64,000 nucleotides of DNA, taken from positions 41,974,001 to 42,038,000 of the forward strand of contig OZ024744.1 in assembly GCA_964016885.1 (NCBI GenBank). The letters are read 5' to 3'. The stretch is from Eledone cirrhosa (taxonomy: Eukaryota). The position numbers and the translations under genes were made by a program. The notes below the pieces were generated by a model, which saw nothing but the letters and a program-made list of their open reading frames with translations, did no database searches and was not told where the DNA came from. Of this stretch, positions 46,519 through 58,956 are shown one piece after another (positions within the stretch are counted from its first letter, which is position 1; each line of letters starts with the position of its first letter).

Positions 46519-49500
46519 ATGACCCTCCCCAAATATAACAATATCTGTTTCGACACACGATTTCATATAAAAAACCTCGCAAAACTAATTCATCGCCGCT
46601 ATGGCATTAGCTTGTGCCAAGCTGAAAGGTTATTGAAAGACACTGTTTTCTGTTATATAAAAACTACAATAACAACAGAACAAATCCGCTTCTTAAAACA
46701 CTGTGTTTCCTCCAAAACATACACAACAAACATATCAAAACAAGTAAATAATTTATTATTGAACAAAACACAAGCTGAACGGCTAAAACACACAATAACA
46801 GTTAATATGAAAAGAACAACATACACAAAAGTCAACGCACTCTACAGACAAAAACGCATCAACGGTAAGGAAATCCGAAATCTCATCACAGCAAACGAGA
46901 GAGATGACTTCATGAGCGTCATCCGACGCGAAACGAAATATGCTCAAAACGAATGCTGTAGGCATTTCAAGAAGAAATTAGAATGGATGAATAAGAAAAA
47001 ACTACAAGAAAGGAAAATCGAATATTCTCAAAAATACCCAGATAACATCGACAACATCCGTATGAGTGATGTAAAACTACCGGAAGAATTTACCAATGAC
47101 CACACAGTAAATATCTATGGGAACACTTTAATCAGTGAACAAGAACAACAAATCCTAAAGTTCCCACCAAAATTTGCCATCTACAAAAAGATTAACCCTA
47201 TGGAATGCAAAACGGAGCTGGAAAAGTGTTTCACAAAAATACGTTGGAATGCAAAGGTAAACAACAACAACAATAATAACGGTAGTAGTAATATAAACAA
47301 TAACTCTGGGTATAGAAATAACAGCCATAACCATAACAATGGCAGGAAAGTGAGAAATAGTGATAATAGTAATAATACTAGCGATAGACAGAACAACAAC
47401 AACCACAATAATAATAATAATAGAAACGTTAACCACAGACACAGCAACAGTGACCACAGTAGTAATAACGGTAACAATACGAACAACAACAACAACAATA
47501 ACCACAGTGGTAATAATGGAAATAGTACATGTAGCAACATCAACAAAAACAAGAAACATAATAATAGTAACAACCACAATGGTAGAAATAGCAGTAACAA
47601 CAACAACAATAACGGTGAAGTAAACAACAATACATCTAGCAATCATAACAATAATAATATTAATGCTAATGATAGAAACAACAACAACCACCATGATAAC
47701 AATAATAGCAACACACACAACTATGACGATAGAAATAACGACAACCCCTTAGAGAAACTATTTTTCAACCCAGCTGACAAAACATATAAGATGGGTAATA
47801 TCTATCCTACGAGGTTACCCTTTAATAAAAGAGTTTGCATACCACAGCAAATAGATGACGAGACGGAGGCACAGTTCACCATAGCTAGAAATAAGATTAG
47901 ACAAGTAGTAGACAGGTACACTATGAGACAGAGCAGACCAGAGGCCCAACAACTTGGGATAAAACCTGTAGAAGGCTTGGTTAGCCTCAAGCAGCGCACA
48001 AGGGATGGTGAGGTAGTGTGTCTACCCACAGATAAGTCTGGTAGGATGTCAATAGATAGCATGCCGAACTACATCGAGGCAATGCAACCCCACATCACCA
48101 ACACGAGCGAAGTTGCACAACTAACACACGATGGGAGAGAAAAAATCCTCAACGCTCACATGATGATGTGGACTGACATCCTAAAGCCAAGCAGACGCAC
48201 TGCCAACAACTTCCAGGCGTCTAACAATGGCATACCACCCTTGTATGGGCTCCGCAAAGACCACAAGACAGTCGACGACCCGACAACAGGACCACCAACA
48301 AGACCCGTATGCGGAGCTAATATAGCTAGCAATTACAGGATCTCCTACTTCCTCTCAATGGTTATACGCCCCATAATCAAGATGTCCCCAGATGTATGTG
48401 AAAGTACAGAGGACCTCCTCAGCAGAATCAGTGAGTGCAACAAAAACAGGAGCCTATCCAACTGCATAATAGGCAGCATGGATGTGGTGTCACTGTACCC
48501 ATCCATTAACATTGATTTTGCTGTGAAAAGATGTGTGGAGATGATCATTGAGAGTGAGGTGGAGTTCTGCGACGTCGACACAGACGAACTGGGCCTCCTA
48601 CTTAGACTTACCTACGACACTGACTACCTAGACAGCCATGACCTTAGATGTTTCTGCCCTAGTAGACCTATAAGAGGTAGACCCCCCACCATAACCTCAA
48701 TGGCTAAAAAGACTCCCATAGGAAGGTGGATTGGGTGGACCAAAGCTATACGGACCCCCCAAAACACTGATCAGGTAAGAAAAATGGTCGCACATGCAAT
48801 AGGGGCTAGTATCAAAACTACCCTAAAGGGCCACATATTTAAGTTCAATGAGAAAATCTACACCCAAAATGAGGGAGCAGCCATCGGCGTCAGCATAGCT
48901 GGTGATGTTGCCAACCTTTTCATGGTATGGTGGGAAAGGAGACTTAAAGATCTCCTCCTTAATGAAAGCTCCATAGACCTCATCATGTACTCTCGTTATG
49001 TAGACGATATCAATATAGTTATAAGAACACCCCCACTAGAGAGCACTAACAAGTTTGATTTAGAACGTAGCACGATGGAAAGCATCCAGCAGATAGCTAA
49101 TTCCATACACCAGAGTATAACTGTAACTATAGACTTCCCTTCCAAACACCCTAACAATAGACTACCTGTATTAGACACAGAACTCTGGATTAACACTATA
49201 GACGAGAGAGCCCAAATTCTCCACTCACACTATGCTAAACCCATGGCCTCCAAATACCTGATACTCAAAAACTCAGCAATGTCCAGTAGTGCTAAGTTTA
49301 ATATTCTGATCGCAGATTTGGTACGAGTGATGAAGAATGTGTCCAGCATGTGCGACCCAACAGAAATGGAAGGACACATCCAACACTTCATCAACCGCAT
49401 GCAGTTCTCTGGCTACAACCAAAGAGACAGAGTCAGAGTATACGAAGGAGCCATGGAAAAGTATAAGACCCTCATAGAACTGGACATGAAAGGAATTTGC

Positions 49501-50154
49501 CCACTATACAGGAGCAAATCATGGAATAGCTTAGATAGGGCTAGACATAAGATAGGGAAGGCCACATCATGGTACGACAACCAGAGATATCAGAGTGTCA
49601 TGTTTGTGGACGCCACCCCTGGAGGGAAATTAGCTAACCAGTGTAGAAAGGCCCTGAGAAAGACCCACTTAAAAATAAAGGTGGTAGAAAAGCCAGGAAC
49701 CACCATAAAATCCCTGATCAGCAAAACCTACCCTTTTAAGAAAACCCACTGTACCAATAGGAAATGTATCATATGTAAGGTGAACCCCCGGATAAACTGT
49801 AAAACTAGAAACGTAGTCTATAGCATAAGATGTACAGAGGGTACTTGCAGAAACACGACAACAACATACATAGGTGAGACAGCTCGTAGCATAGGTGAAA
49901 GGATAGACCAACACTGGGGGGAACTAAAAGGACGAAAAAACGGGTCAGTACTATACGAACATGCTAGACAACAACATGACGGTAACATAGACAACATAGA
50001 AATTAGAATAATATCTAAACATAGGAATGACCCAGCAGATAGGCAAATCAGAGAGGCCAGTGAAATAGAAATTAGAAGACCAAAGCTAAACAGAAAGAAT
50101 GAGTGGAACAACAACAACACCCAAACAAACAACACTGACCTAAGAGAAGTATAA
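46519..50154 (+). CDS. PLE RT-EN, 1211 aa, intact
   Basis: Same protein as 42373-46008. Confidence 0.92.
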   Translation: MTLPKYNNICFDTRFHIKNLAKLIHRRYGISLCQAERLLKDTVFCYIKTTITTEQIRFLKHCVSSKTYTTNISKQVNNLLLNKTQAERLKHTITVNMKRTTYTKVNALYRQKRINGKEIRNLITANERDDFMSVIRRETKYAQNECCRHFKKKLEWMNKKKLQERKIEYSQKYPDNIDNIRMSDVKLPEEFTNDHTVNIYGNTLISEQEQQILKFPPKFAIYKKINPMECKTELEKCFTKIRWNAKVNNNNNNNGSSNINNNSGYRNNSHNHNNGRKVRNSDNSNNTSDRQNNNNHNNNNNRNVNHRHSNSDHSSNNGNNTNNNNNNNHSGNNGNSTCSNINKNKKHNNSNNHNGRNSSNNNNNNGEVNNNTSSNHNNNNINANDRNNNNHHDNNNSNTHNYDDRNNDNPLEKLFFNPADKTYKMGNIYPTRLPFNKRVCIPQQIDDETEAQFTIARNKIRQVVDRYTMRQSRPEAQQLGIKPVEGLVSLKQRTRDGEVVCLPTDKSGRMSIDSMPNYIEAMQPHITNTSEVAQLTHDGREKILNAHMMMWTDILKPSRRTANNFQASNNGIPPLYGLRKDHKTVDDPTTGPPTRPVCGANIASNYRISYFLSMVIRPIIKMSPDVCESTEDLLSRISECNKNRSLSNCIIGSMDVVSLYPSINIDFAVKRCVEMIIESEVEFCDVDTDELGLLLRLTYDTDYLDSHDLRCFCPSRPIRGRPPTITSMAKKTPIGRWIGWTKAIRTPQNTDQVRKMVAHAIGASIKTTLKGHIFKFNEKIYTQNEGAAIGVSIAGDVANLFMVWWERRLKDLLLNESSIDLIMYSRYVDDINIVIRTPPLESTNKFDLERSTMESIQQIANSIHQSITVTIDFPSKHPNNRLPVLDTELWINTIDERAQILHSHYAKPMASKYLILKNSAMSSSAKFNILIADLVRVMKNVSSMCDPTEMEGHIQHFINRMQFSGYNQRDRVRVYEGAMEKYKTLIELDMKGICPLYRSKSWNSLDRARHKIGKATSWYDNQRYQSVMFVDATPGGKLANQCRKALRKTHLKIKVVEKPGTTIKSLISKTYPFKKTHCTNRKCIICKVNPRINCKTRNVVYSIRCTEGTCRNTTTTYIGETARSIGERIDQHWGELKGRKNGSVLYEHARQQHDGNIDNIEIRIISKHRNDPADRQIREASEIEIRRPKLNRKNEWNNNNTQTNNTDLREV

Positions 50155-50664
50155 ATAAATAAGTAAATTAAATTAAATAAATAAAATAAGATAAATAAAT
50201 ACATACACAAGCACATAAACACACACTAGTCACCCAGCAGACACAACACTATACACACTAGTCACACATCACACATAACACTATACACACACGCAAACGC
50301 ATGCGCAAAGAAGACAAAATAAAATAAGATAAACAAACAAGCAAATAAATAAATAAATATATAGACAGACTGAACAAAAAAAAAATGGCGTAGACATACA
50401 ACACAACAGGAGGAACAATGAATATAACACCACTGACGATGTTGCAGATGTGCAACGAAAGATTTATGTAAATTATGTAAACTATATATATATGTGTTTG
50501 TCTATATTGTATCTGTATTATTTTTGACCGCCGGTCAGTCAATGGCAACATTGAGGACCGAGTAAGTTAGATCGCAGATATATATATATAAAAGACAGCG
50601 AGAAGCGAAAACCAACCAAACAGTGAGTGTGTTCTGTTATTAATTCTGGCAATATTACGCAAAT

Positions 50665-53600
50665 ATGACCCTCCCCAAATATAACAATATCTGTTTCGAC
50701 ACACGATTTCATATAAAAAACCTCGCAAAACTAATTCATCGCCGCTATGGCATTAGCTTGTGCCAAGCTGAAAGGTTATTGAAAGACACTGTTTTCTGTT
50801 ATATAAAAACTACAATAACAACAGAACAAATCCGCTTCTTAAAACACTGTGTTTCCTCCAAAACATACACAACAAACATATCAAAACAAGTAAATAATTT
50901 ATTATTGAACAAAACACAAGCTGAACGGCTAAAACACACAATAACAGTTAATATGAAAAGAACAACATACACAAAAGTCAACGCACTCTACAGACAAAAA
51001 CGCATCAACGGTAAGGAAATCCGAAATCTCATCACAGCAAACGAGAGAGATGACTTCATGAGCGTCATCCGACGCGAAACGAAATATGCTCAAAACGAAT
51101 GCTGTAGGCATTTCAAGAAGAAATTAGAATGGATGAATAAGAAAAAACTACAAGAAAGGAAAATCGAATATTCTCAAAAATACCCAGATAACATCGACAA
51201 CATCCGTATGAGTGATGTAAAACTACCGGAAGAATTTACCAATGACCACACAGTAAATATCTATGGGAACACTTTAATCAGTGAACAAGAACAACAAATC
51301 CTAAAGTTCCCACCAAAATTTGCCATCTACAAAAAGATTAACCCTATGGAATGCAAAACGGAGCTGGAAAAGTGTTTCACAAAAATACGTTGGAATGCAA
51401 AGGTAAACAACAACAACAATAATAACGGTAGTAGTAATATAAACAATAACTCTGGGTATAGAAATAACAGCCATAACCATAACAATGGCAGGAAAGTGAG
51501 AAATAGTGATAATAGTAATAATACTAGCGATAGACAGAACAACAACAACCACAATAATAATAATAATAGAAACGTTAACCACAGACACAGCAACAGTGAC
51601 CACAGTAGTAATAACGGTAACAATACGAACAACAACAACAACAATAACCACAGTGGTAATAATGGAAATAGTACATGTAGCAACATCAACAAAAACAAGA
51701 AACATAATAATAGTAACAACCACAATGGTAGAAATAGCAGTAACAACAACAACAATAACGGTGAAGTAAACAACAATACATCTAGCAATCATAACAATAA
51801 TAATATTAATGCTAATGATAGAAACAACAACAACCACCATGATAACAATAATAGCAACACACACAACTATGACGATAGAAATAACGACAACCCCTTAGAG
51901 AAACTATTTTTCAACCCAGCTGACAAAACATATAAGATGGGTAATATCTATCCTACGAGGTTACCCTTTAATAAAAGAGTTTGCATACCACAGCAAATAG
52001 ATGACGAGACGGAGGCACAGTTCACCATAGCTAGAAATAAGATTAGACAAGTAGTAGACAGGTACACTATGAGACAGAGCAGACCAGAGGCCCAACAACT
52101 TGGGATAAAACCTGTAGAAGGCTTGGTTAGCCTCAAGCAGCGCACAAGGGATGGTGAGGTAGTGTGTCTACCCACAGATAAGTCTGGTAGGATGTCAATA
52201 GATAGCATGCCGAACTACATCGAGGCAATGCAACCCCACATCACCAACACGAGCGAAGTTGCACAACTAACACACGATGGGAGAGAAAAAATCCTCAACG
52301 CTCACATGATGATGTGGACTGACATCCTAAAGCCAAGCAGACGCACTGCCAACAACTTCCAGGCGTCTAACAATGGCATACCACCCTTGTATGGGCTCCG
52401 CAAAGACCACAAGACAGTCGACGACCCGACAACAGGACCACCAACAAGACCCGTATGCGGAGCTAATATAGCTAGCAACTACAGGATCTCCTACTTCCTC
52501 TCAATGGTTATACGCCCCATAATCAAGATGTCCCCAGATGTATGTGAAAGTACAGAGGACCTCCTCAGCAGAATCAGTGAGTGCAACAAAAACAGGAGCC
52601 TATCCAACTGCATAATAGGCAGCATGGATGTGGTGTCACTGTACCCATCCATTAACATTGATTTTGCTGTGAAAAGATGTGTGGAGATGATCATTGAGAG
52701 TGAGGTGGAGTTCTGCGACGTCGACACAGACGAACTGGGCCTCCTACTTAGACTTACCTACGACACTGACTACCTAGACAGCCATGACCTTAGATGTTTC
52801 TGCCCTAGTAGACCTATAAGAGGTAGACCCCCCACCATAACCTCAATGGCTAAAAAGACTCCCATAGGAAGGTGGATTGGGTGGACCAAAGCTATACGGA
52901 CCCCCCAAAACACTGATCAGGTAAGAAAAATGGTCGCACATGCAATAGGGGCTAGTATCAAAACTACCCTAAAGGGCCACATATTTAAGTTCAATGAGAA
53001 AATCTACACCCAAAATGAGGGAGCAGCCATCGGCGTCAGCATAGCTGGTGATGTTGCCAACCTTTTCATGGTATGGTGGGAAAGGAGACTTAAAGATCTC
53101 CTCCTTAATGAAAGCTCCATAGACCTCATCATGTACTCTCGTTATGTAGACGATATCAATATAGTTATAAGAACACCCCCACTAGAGAGCACTAACAAGT
53201 TTGATTTAGAACGTAGCACGATGGAAAGCATCCAGCAGATAGCTAATTCCATACACCAGAGTATAACTGTAACTATAGACTTCCCTTCCAAACACCCTAA
53301 CAATAGACTACCTGTATTAGACACAGAACTCTGGATTAACACTATAGACGAGAGAGCCCAAATTCTCCACTCACACTATGCTAAACCCATGGCCTCCAAA
53401 TACCTGATACTCAAAAACTCAGCAATGTCCAGTAGTGCTAAGTTTAATATTCTGATCGCAGATTTGGTACGAGTGATGAAGAATGTGTCCAGCATGTGCG
53501 ACCCAACAGAAATGGAAGGACACATCCAACACTTCATCAACCGCATGCAGTTCTCTGGCTACAACCAAAGAGACAGAGTCAGAGTATACGAAGGAGCCAT

Positions 53601-54300
53601 GGAAAAGTATAAGACCCTCATAGAACTGGACATGAAAGGAATTTGCCCACTATACAGGAGCAAATCATGGAATAGCTTAGATAGGGCTAGACATAAGATA
53701 GGGAAGGCCACATCATGGTACGACAACCAGAGATATCAGAGTGTCATGTTTGTGGACGCCACCCCTGGAGGGAAATTAGCTAACCAGTGTAGAAAGGCCC
53801 TGAGAAAGACCCACTTAAAAATAAAGGTGGTAGAAAAGCCAGGAACCACCATAAAATCCCTGATCAGCAAAACCTACCCTTTTAAGAAAACCCACTGTAC
53901 CAATAGGAAATGTATCATATGTAAGGTGAACCCCCGGATAAACTGTAAAACTAGAAACGTAGTCTATAGCATAAGATGTACAGAGGGTACTTGCAGAAAC
54001 ACGACAACAACATACATAGGTGAGACAGCTCGTAGCATAGGTGAAAGGATAGACCAACACTGGGGGGAACTAAAAGGACGAAAAAACGGGTCAGTACTAT
54101 ACGAACATGCTAGACAACAACATGACGGTAACATAGACAACATAGAAATTAGAATAATATCTAAACATAGGAATGACCCAGCAGATAGGCAAATCAGAGA
54201 GGCCAGTGAAATAGAAATTAGAAGACCAAAGCTAAACAGAAAGAATGAGTGGAACAACAACAACACCCAAACAAACAACACTGACCTAAGAGAAGTATAA
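50665..54300 (+). CDS. PLE RT-EN, 1211 aa, intact
   Basis: Same protein as 42373-46008. Confidence 0.92.
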   Translation: MTLPKYNNICFDTRFHIKNLAKLIHRRYGISLCQAERLLKDTVFCYIKTTITTEQIRFLKHCVSSKTYTTNISKQVNNLLLNKTQAERLKHTITVNMKRTTYTKVNALYRQKRINGKEIRNLITANERDDFMSVIRRETKYAQNECCRHFKKKLEWMNKKKLQERKIEYSQKYPDNIDNIRMSDVKLPEEFTNDHTVNIYGNTLISEQEQQILKFPPKFAIYKKINPMECKTELEKCFTKIRWNAKVNNNNNNNGSSNINNNSGYRNNSHNHNNGRKVRNSDNSNNTSDRQNNNNHNNNNNRNVNHRHSNSDHSSNNGNNTNNNNNNNHSGNNGNSTCSNINKNKKHNNSNNHNGRNSSNNNNNNGEVNNNTSSNHNNNNINANDRNNNNHHDNNNSNTHNYDDRNNDNPLEKLFFNPADKTYKMGNIYPTRLPFNKRVCIPQQIDDETEAQFTIARNKIRQVVDRYTMRQSRPEAQQLGIKPVEGLVSLKQRTRDGEVVCLPTDKSGRMSIDSMPNYIEAMQPHITNTSEVAQLTHDGREKILNAHMMMWTDILKPSRRTANNFQASNNGIPPLYGLRKDHKTVDDPTTGPPTRPVCGANIASNYRISYFLSMVIRPIIKMSPDVCESTEDLLSRISECNKNRSLSNCIIGSMDVVSLYPSINIDFAVKRCVEMIIESEVEFCDVDTDELGLLLRLTYDTDYLDSHDLRCFCPSRPIRGRPPTITSMAKKTPIGRWIGWTKAIRTPQNTDQVRKMVAHAIGASIKTTLKGHIFKFNEKIYTQNEGAAIGVSIAGDVANLFMVWWERRLKDLLLNESSIDLIMYSRYVDDINIVIRTPPLESTNKFDLERSTMESIQQIANSIHQSITVTIDFPSKHPNNRLPVLDTELWINTIDERAQILHSHYAKPMASKYLILKNSAMSSSAKFNILIADLVRVMKNVSSMCDPTEMEGHIQHFINRMQFSGYNQRDRVRVYEGAMEKYKTLIELDMKGICPLYRSKSWNSLDRARHKIGKATSWYDNQRYQSVMFVDATPGGKLANQCRKALRKTHLKIKVVEKPGTTIKSLISKTYPFKKTHCTNRKCIICKVNPRINCKTRNVVYSIRCTEGTCRNTTTTYIGETARSIGERIDQHWGELKGRKNGSVLYEHARQQHDGNIDNIEIRIISKHRNDPADRQIREASEIEIRRPKLNRKNEWNNNNTQTNNTDLREV

Positions 54301-54810
54301 ATAAATAAGTAAATTAAATTAAATAAATAAAATAAGATAAATAAATACATACACAAGCACATAAACACACACTAGTCACCCAGCAGACACAACACTATAC
54401 ACACTAGTCACACATCACACATAACACTATACACACACGCAAACGCATGCGCAAAGAAGACAAAATAAAATAAGATAAACAAACAAGCAAATAAATAAAT
54501 AAATATATAGACAGACTGAACAAAAAAAAAATGGCGTAGACATACAACACAACAGGAGGAACAATGAATATAACACCACTGACGATGTTGCAGATGTGCA
54601 ACGAAAGATTTATGTAAATTATGTAAACTATATATATGTGTGTTTGTCTATATTGTATCTGTATTATTTTTGACCGCCGGTCAGTCAATGGCAACATTGA
54701 GGACCGAGTAAGTTAGATCGCAGATATATATATATAAAAGACAGCGAGAAGCGAAAACCAACCAAACAGTGAGTGTGTTCTGTTATTAATTCTGGCAATA
54801 TTACGCAAAT

Positions 54811-57800
54811 ATGACCCTCCCCAAATATAACAATATCTGTTTCGACACACGATTTCATATAAAAAACCTCGCAAAACTAATTCATCGCCGCTATGGCATT
54901 AGCTTGTGCCAAGCTGAAAGGTTATTGAAAGACACTGTTTTCTGTTATATAAAAACTACAATAACAACAGAACAAATCCGCTTCTTAAAACACTGTGTTT
55001 CCTCCAAAACATACACAACAAACATATCAAAACAAGTAAATAATTTATTATTGAACAAAACACAAGCTGAACGGCTAAAACACACAATAACAGTTAATAT
55101 GAAAAGAACAACATACACAAAAGTCAACGCACTCTACAGACAAAAACGCATCAACGGTAAGGAAATCCGAAATCTCATCACAGCAAACGAGAGAGATGAC
55201 TTCATGAGCGTCATCCGACGCGAAACGAAATATGCTCAAAACGAATGCTGTAGGCATTTCAAGAAGAAATTAGAATGGATGAATAAGAAAAAACTACAAG
55301 AAAGGAAAATCGAATATTCTCAAAAATACCCAGATAACATCGACAACATCCGTATGAGTGATGTAAAACTACCGGAAGAATTTACCAATGACCACACAGT
55401 AAATATCTATGGGAACACTTTAATCAGTGAACAAGAACAACAAATCCTAAAGTTCCCACCAAAATTTGCCATCTACAAAAAGATTAACCCTATGGAATGC
55501 AAAACGGAGCTGGAAAAGTGTTTCACAAAAATACGTTGGAATGCAAAGGTAAACAACAACAACAATAATAACGGTAGTAGTAATATAAACAATAACTCTG
55601 GGTATAGAAATAACAGCCATAACCATAACAATGGCAGGAAAGTGAGAAATAGTGATAATAGTAATAATACTAGCGATAGACAGAACAACAACAACCACAA
55701 TAATAATAATAATAGAAACGTTAACCACAGACACAGCAACAGTGACCACAGTAGTAATAACGGTAACAATACGAACAACAACAACAACAATAACCACAGT
55801 GGTAATAATGGAAATAGTACATGTAGCAACATCAACAAAAACAAGAAACATAATAATAGTAACAACCACAATGGTAGAAATAGCAGTAACAACAACAACA
55901 ATAACGGTGAAGTAAACAACAATACATCTAGCAATCATAACAATAATAATATTAATGCTAATGATAGAAACAACAACAACCACCATGATAACAATAATAG
56001 CAACACACACAACTATGACGATAGAAATAACGACAACCCCTTAGAGAAACTATTTTTCAACCCAGCTGACAAAACATATAAGATGGGTAATATCTATCCT
56101 ACGAGGTTACCCTTTAATAAAAGAGTTTGCATACCACAGCAAATAGATGACGAGACGGAGGCACAGTTCACCATAGCTAGAAATAAGATTAGACAAGTAG
56201 TAGACAGGTACACTATGAGACAGAGCAGACCAGAGGCCCAACAACTTGGGATAAAACCTGTAGAAGGCTTGGTTAGCCTCAAGCAGCGCACAAGGGATGG
56301 TGAGGTAGTGTGTCTACCCACAGATAAGTCTGGTAGGATGTCAATAGATAGCATGCCGAACTACATCGAGGCAATGCAACCCCACATCACCAACACGAGC
56401 GAAGTTGCACAACTAACACACGATGGGAGAGAAAAAATCCTCAACGCTCACATGATGATGTGGACTGACATCCTAAAGCCAAGCAGACGCACTGCCAACA
56501 ACTTCCAGGCGTCTAACAATGGCATACCACCCTTGTATGGGCTCCGCAAAGACCACAAGACAGTCGACGACCCGACAACAGGACCACCAACAAGACCCGT
56601 ATGCGGAGCTAATATAGCTAGCAACTACAGGATCTCCTACTTCCTCTCAATGGTTATACGCCCCATAATCAAGATGTCCCCAGATGTATGTGAAAGTACA
56701 GAGGACCTCCTCAGCAGAATCAGTGAGTGCAACAAAAACAGGAGCCTATCCAACTGCATAATAGGCAGCATGGATGTGGTGTCACTGTACCCATCCATTA
56801 ACATTGATTTTGCTGTGAAAAGATGTGTGGAGATGATCATTGAGAGTGAGGTGGAGTTCTGCGACGTCGACACAGACGAACTGGGCCTCCTACTTAGACT
56901 TACCTACGACACTGACTACCTAGACAGCCATGACCTTAGATGTTTCTGCCCTAGTAGACCTATAAGAGGTAGACCCCCCACCATAACCTCAATGGCTAAA
57001 AAGACTCCCATAGGAAGGTGGATTGGGTGGACCAAAGCTATACGGACCCCCCAAAACACTGATCAGGTAAGAAAAATGGTCGCACATGCAATAGGGGCTA
57101 GTATCAAAACTACCCTAAAGGGCCACATATTTAAGTTCAATGAGAAAATCTACACCCAAAATGAGGGAGCAGCCATCGGCGTCAGCATAGCTGGTGATGT
57201 TGCCAACCTTTTCATGGTATGGTGGGAAAGGAGACTTAAAGATCTCCTCCTTAATGAAAGCTCCATAGACCTCATCATGTACTCTCGTTATGTAGACGAT
57301 ATCAATATAGTTATAAGAACACCCCCACTAGAGAGCACTAACAAGTTTGATTTAGAACGTAGCACGATGGAAAGCATCCAGCAGATAGCTAATTCCATAC
57401 ACCAGAGTATAACTGTAACTATAGACTTCCCTTCCAAACACCCTAACAATAGACTACCTGTATTAGACACAGAACTCTGGATTAACACTATAGACGAGAG
57501 AGCCCAAATTCTCCACTCACACTATGCTAAACCCATGGCCTCCAAATACCTGATACTCAAAAACTCAGCAATGTCCAGTAGTGCTAAGTTTAATATTCTG
57601 ATCGCAGATTTGGTACGAGTGATGAAGAATGTGTCCAGCATGTGCGACCCAACAGAAATGGAAGGACACATCCAACACTTCATCAACCGCATGCAGTTCT
57701 CTGGCTACAACCAAAGAGACAGAGTCAGAGTATACGAAGGAGCCATGGAAAAGTATAAGACCCTCATAGAACTGGACATGAAAGGAATTTGCCCACTATA

Positions 57801-58446
57801 CAGGAGCAAATCATGGAATAGCTTAGATAGGGCTAGACATAAGATAGGGAAGGCCACATCATGGTACGACAACCAGAGATATCAGAGTGTCATGTTTGTG
57901 GACGCCACCCCTGGAGGGAAATTAGCTAACCAGTGTAGAAAGGCCCTGAGAAAGACCCACTTAAAAATAAAGGTGGTAGAAAAGCCAGGAACCACCATAA
58001 AATCCCTGATCAGCAAAACCTACCCTTTTAAGAAAACCCACTGTACCAATAGGAAATGTATCATATGTAAGGTGAACCCCCGGATAAACTGTAAAACTAG
58101 AAACGTAGTCTATAGCATAAGATGTACAGAGGGTACTTGCAGAAACACGACAACAACATACATAGGTGAGACAGCTCGTAGCATAGGTGAAAGGATAGAC
58201 CAACACTGGGGGGAACTAAAAGGACGAAAAAACGGGTCAGTACTATACGAACATGCTAGACAACAACATGACGGTAACATAGACAACATAGAAATTAGAA
58301 TAATATCTAAACATAGGAATGACCCAGCAGATAGGCAAATCAGAGAGGCCAGTGAAATAGAAATTAGAAGACCAAAGCTAAACAGAAAGAATGAGTGGAA
58401 CAACAACAACACCCAAACAAACAACACTGACCTAAGAGAAGTATAA
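54811..58446 (+). CDS. PLE RT-EN, 1211 aa, intact
   Basis: Same protein as 42373-46008. Confidence 0.92.
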   Translation: MTLPKYNNICFDTRFHIKNLAKLIHRRYGISLCQAERLLKDTVFCYIKTTITTEQIRFLKHCVSSKTYTTNISKQVNNLLLNKTQAERLKHTITVNMKRTTYTKVNALYRQKRINGKEIRNLITANERDDFMSVIRRETKYAQNECCRHFKKKLEWMNKKKLQERKIEYSQKYPDNIDNIRMSDVKLPEEFTNDHTVNIYGNTLISEQEQQILKFPPKFAIYKKINPMECKTELEKCFTKIRWNAKVNNNNNNNGSSNINNNSGYRNNSHNHNNGRKVRNSDNSNNTSDRQNNNNHNNNNNRNVNHRHSNSDHSSNNGNNTNNNNNNNHSGNNGNSTCSNINKNKKHNNSNNHNGRNSSNNNNNNGEVNNNTSSNHNNNNINANDRNNNNHHDNNNSNTHNYDDRNNDNPLEKLFFNPADKTYKMGNIYPTRLPFNKRVCIPQQIDDETEAQFTIARNKIRQVVDRYTMRQSRPEAQQLGIKPVEGLVSLKQRTRDGEVVCLPTDKSGRMSIDSMPNYIEAMQPHITNTSEVAQLTHDGREKILNAHMMMWTDILKPSRRTANNFQASNNGIPPLYGLRKDHKTVDDPTTGPPTRPVCGANIASNYRISYFLSMVIRPIIKMSPDVCESTEDLLSRISECNKNRSLSNCIIGSMDVVSLYPSINIDFAVKRCVEMIIESEVEFCDVDTDELGLLLRLTYDTDYLDSHDLRCFCPSRPIRGRPPTITSMAKKTPIGRWIGWTKAIRTPQNTDQVRKMVAHAIGASIKTTLKGHIFKFNEKIYTQNEGAAIGVSIAGDVANLFMVWWERRLKDLLLNESSIDLIMYSRYVDDINIVIRTPPLESTNKFDLERSTMESIQQIANSIHQSITVTIDFPSKHPNNRLPVLDTELWINTIDERAQILHSHYAKPMASKYLILKNSAMSSSAKFNILIADLVRVMKNVSSMCDPTEMEGHIQHFINRMQFSGYNQRDRVRVYEGAMEKYKTLIELDMKGICPLYRSKSWNSLDRARHKIGKATSWYDNQRYQSVMFVDATPGGKLANQCRKALRKTHLKIKVVEKPGTTIKSLISKTYPFKKTHCTNRKCIICKVNPRINCKTRNVVYSIRCTEGTCRNTTTTYIGETARSIGERIDQHWGELKGRKNGSVLYEHARQQHDGNIDNIEIRIISKHRNDPADRQIREASEIEIRRPKLNRKNEWNNNNTQTNNTDLREV

Positions 58447-58956
58447 ATAAATAAGTAAATTAAATTAAATAAATAAAATAAGATAAATAAATACATACAC
58501 AAGCACATAAACACACACTAGTCACCCAGCAGACACAACACTATACACACTAGTCACACATCACACATAACACTATACACACACGCAAACGCATGCGCAA
58601 AGAAGACAAAATAAAATAAGATAAACAAACAAGCAAATAAATAAATAAATATATAGACAGACTGAACAAAAAAAAAATGGCGTAGACATACAACACAACA
58701 GGAGGAACAATGAATATAACACCACTGACGATGTTGCAGATGTGCAACGAAAGATTTATGTAAATTATGTAAACTATATATATGTGTGTTTGTCTATATT
58801 GTATCTGTATTATTTTTGACCGCCGGTCAGTCAATGGCAACATTGAGGACCGAGTAAGTTAGATCGCAGATATATATATATAAAAGACAGCGAGAAGCGA
58901 AAACCAACCAAACAGTGAGTGTGTTCTGTTATTAATTCTGGCAATATTACGCAAAT

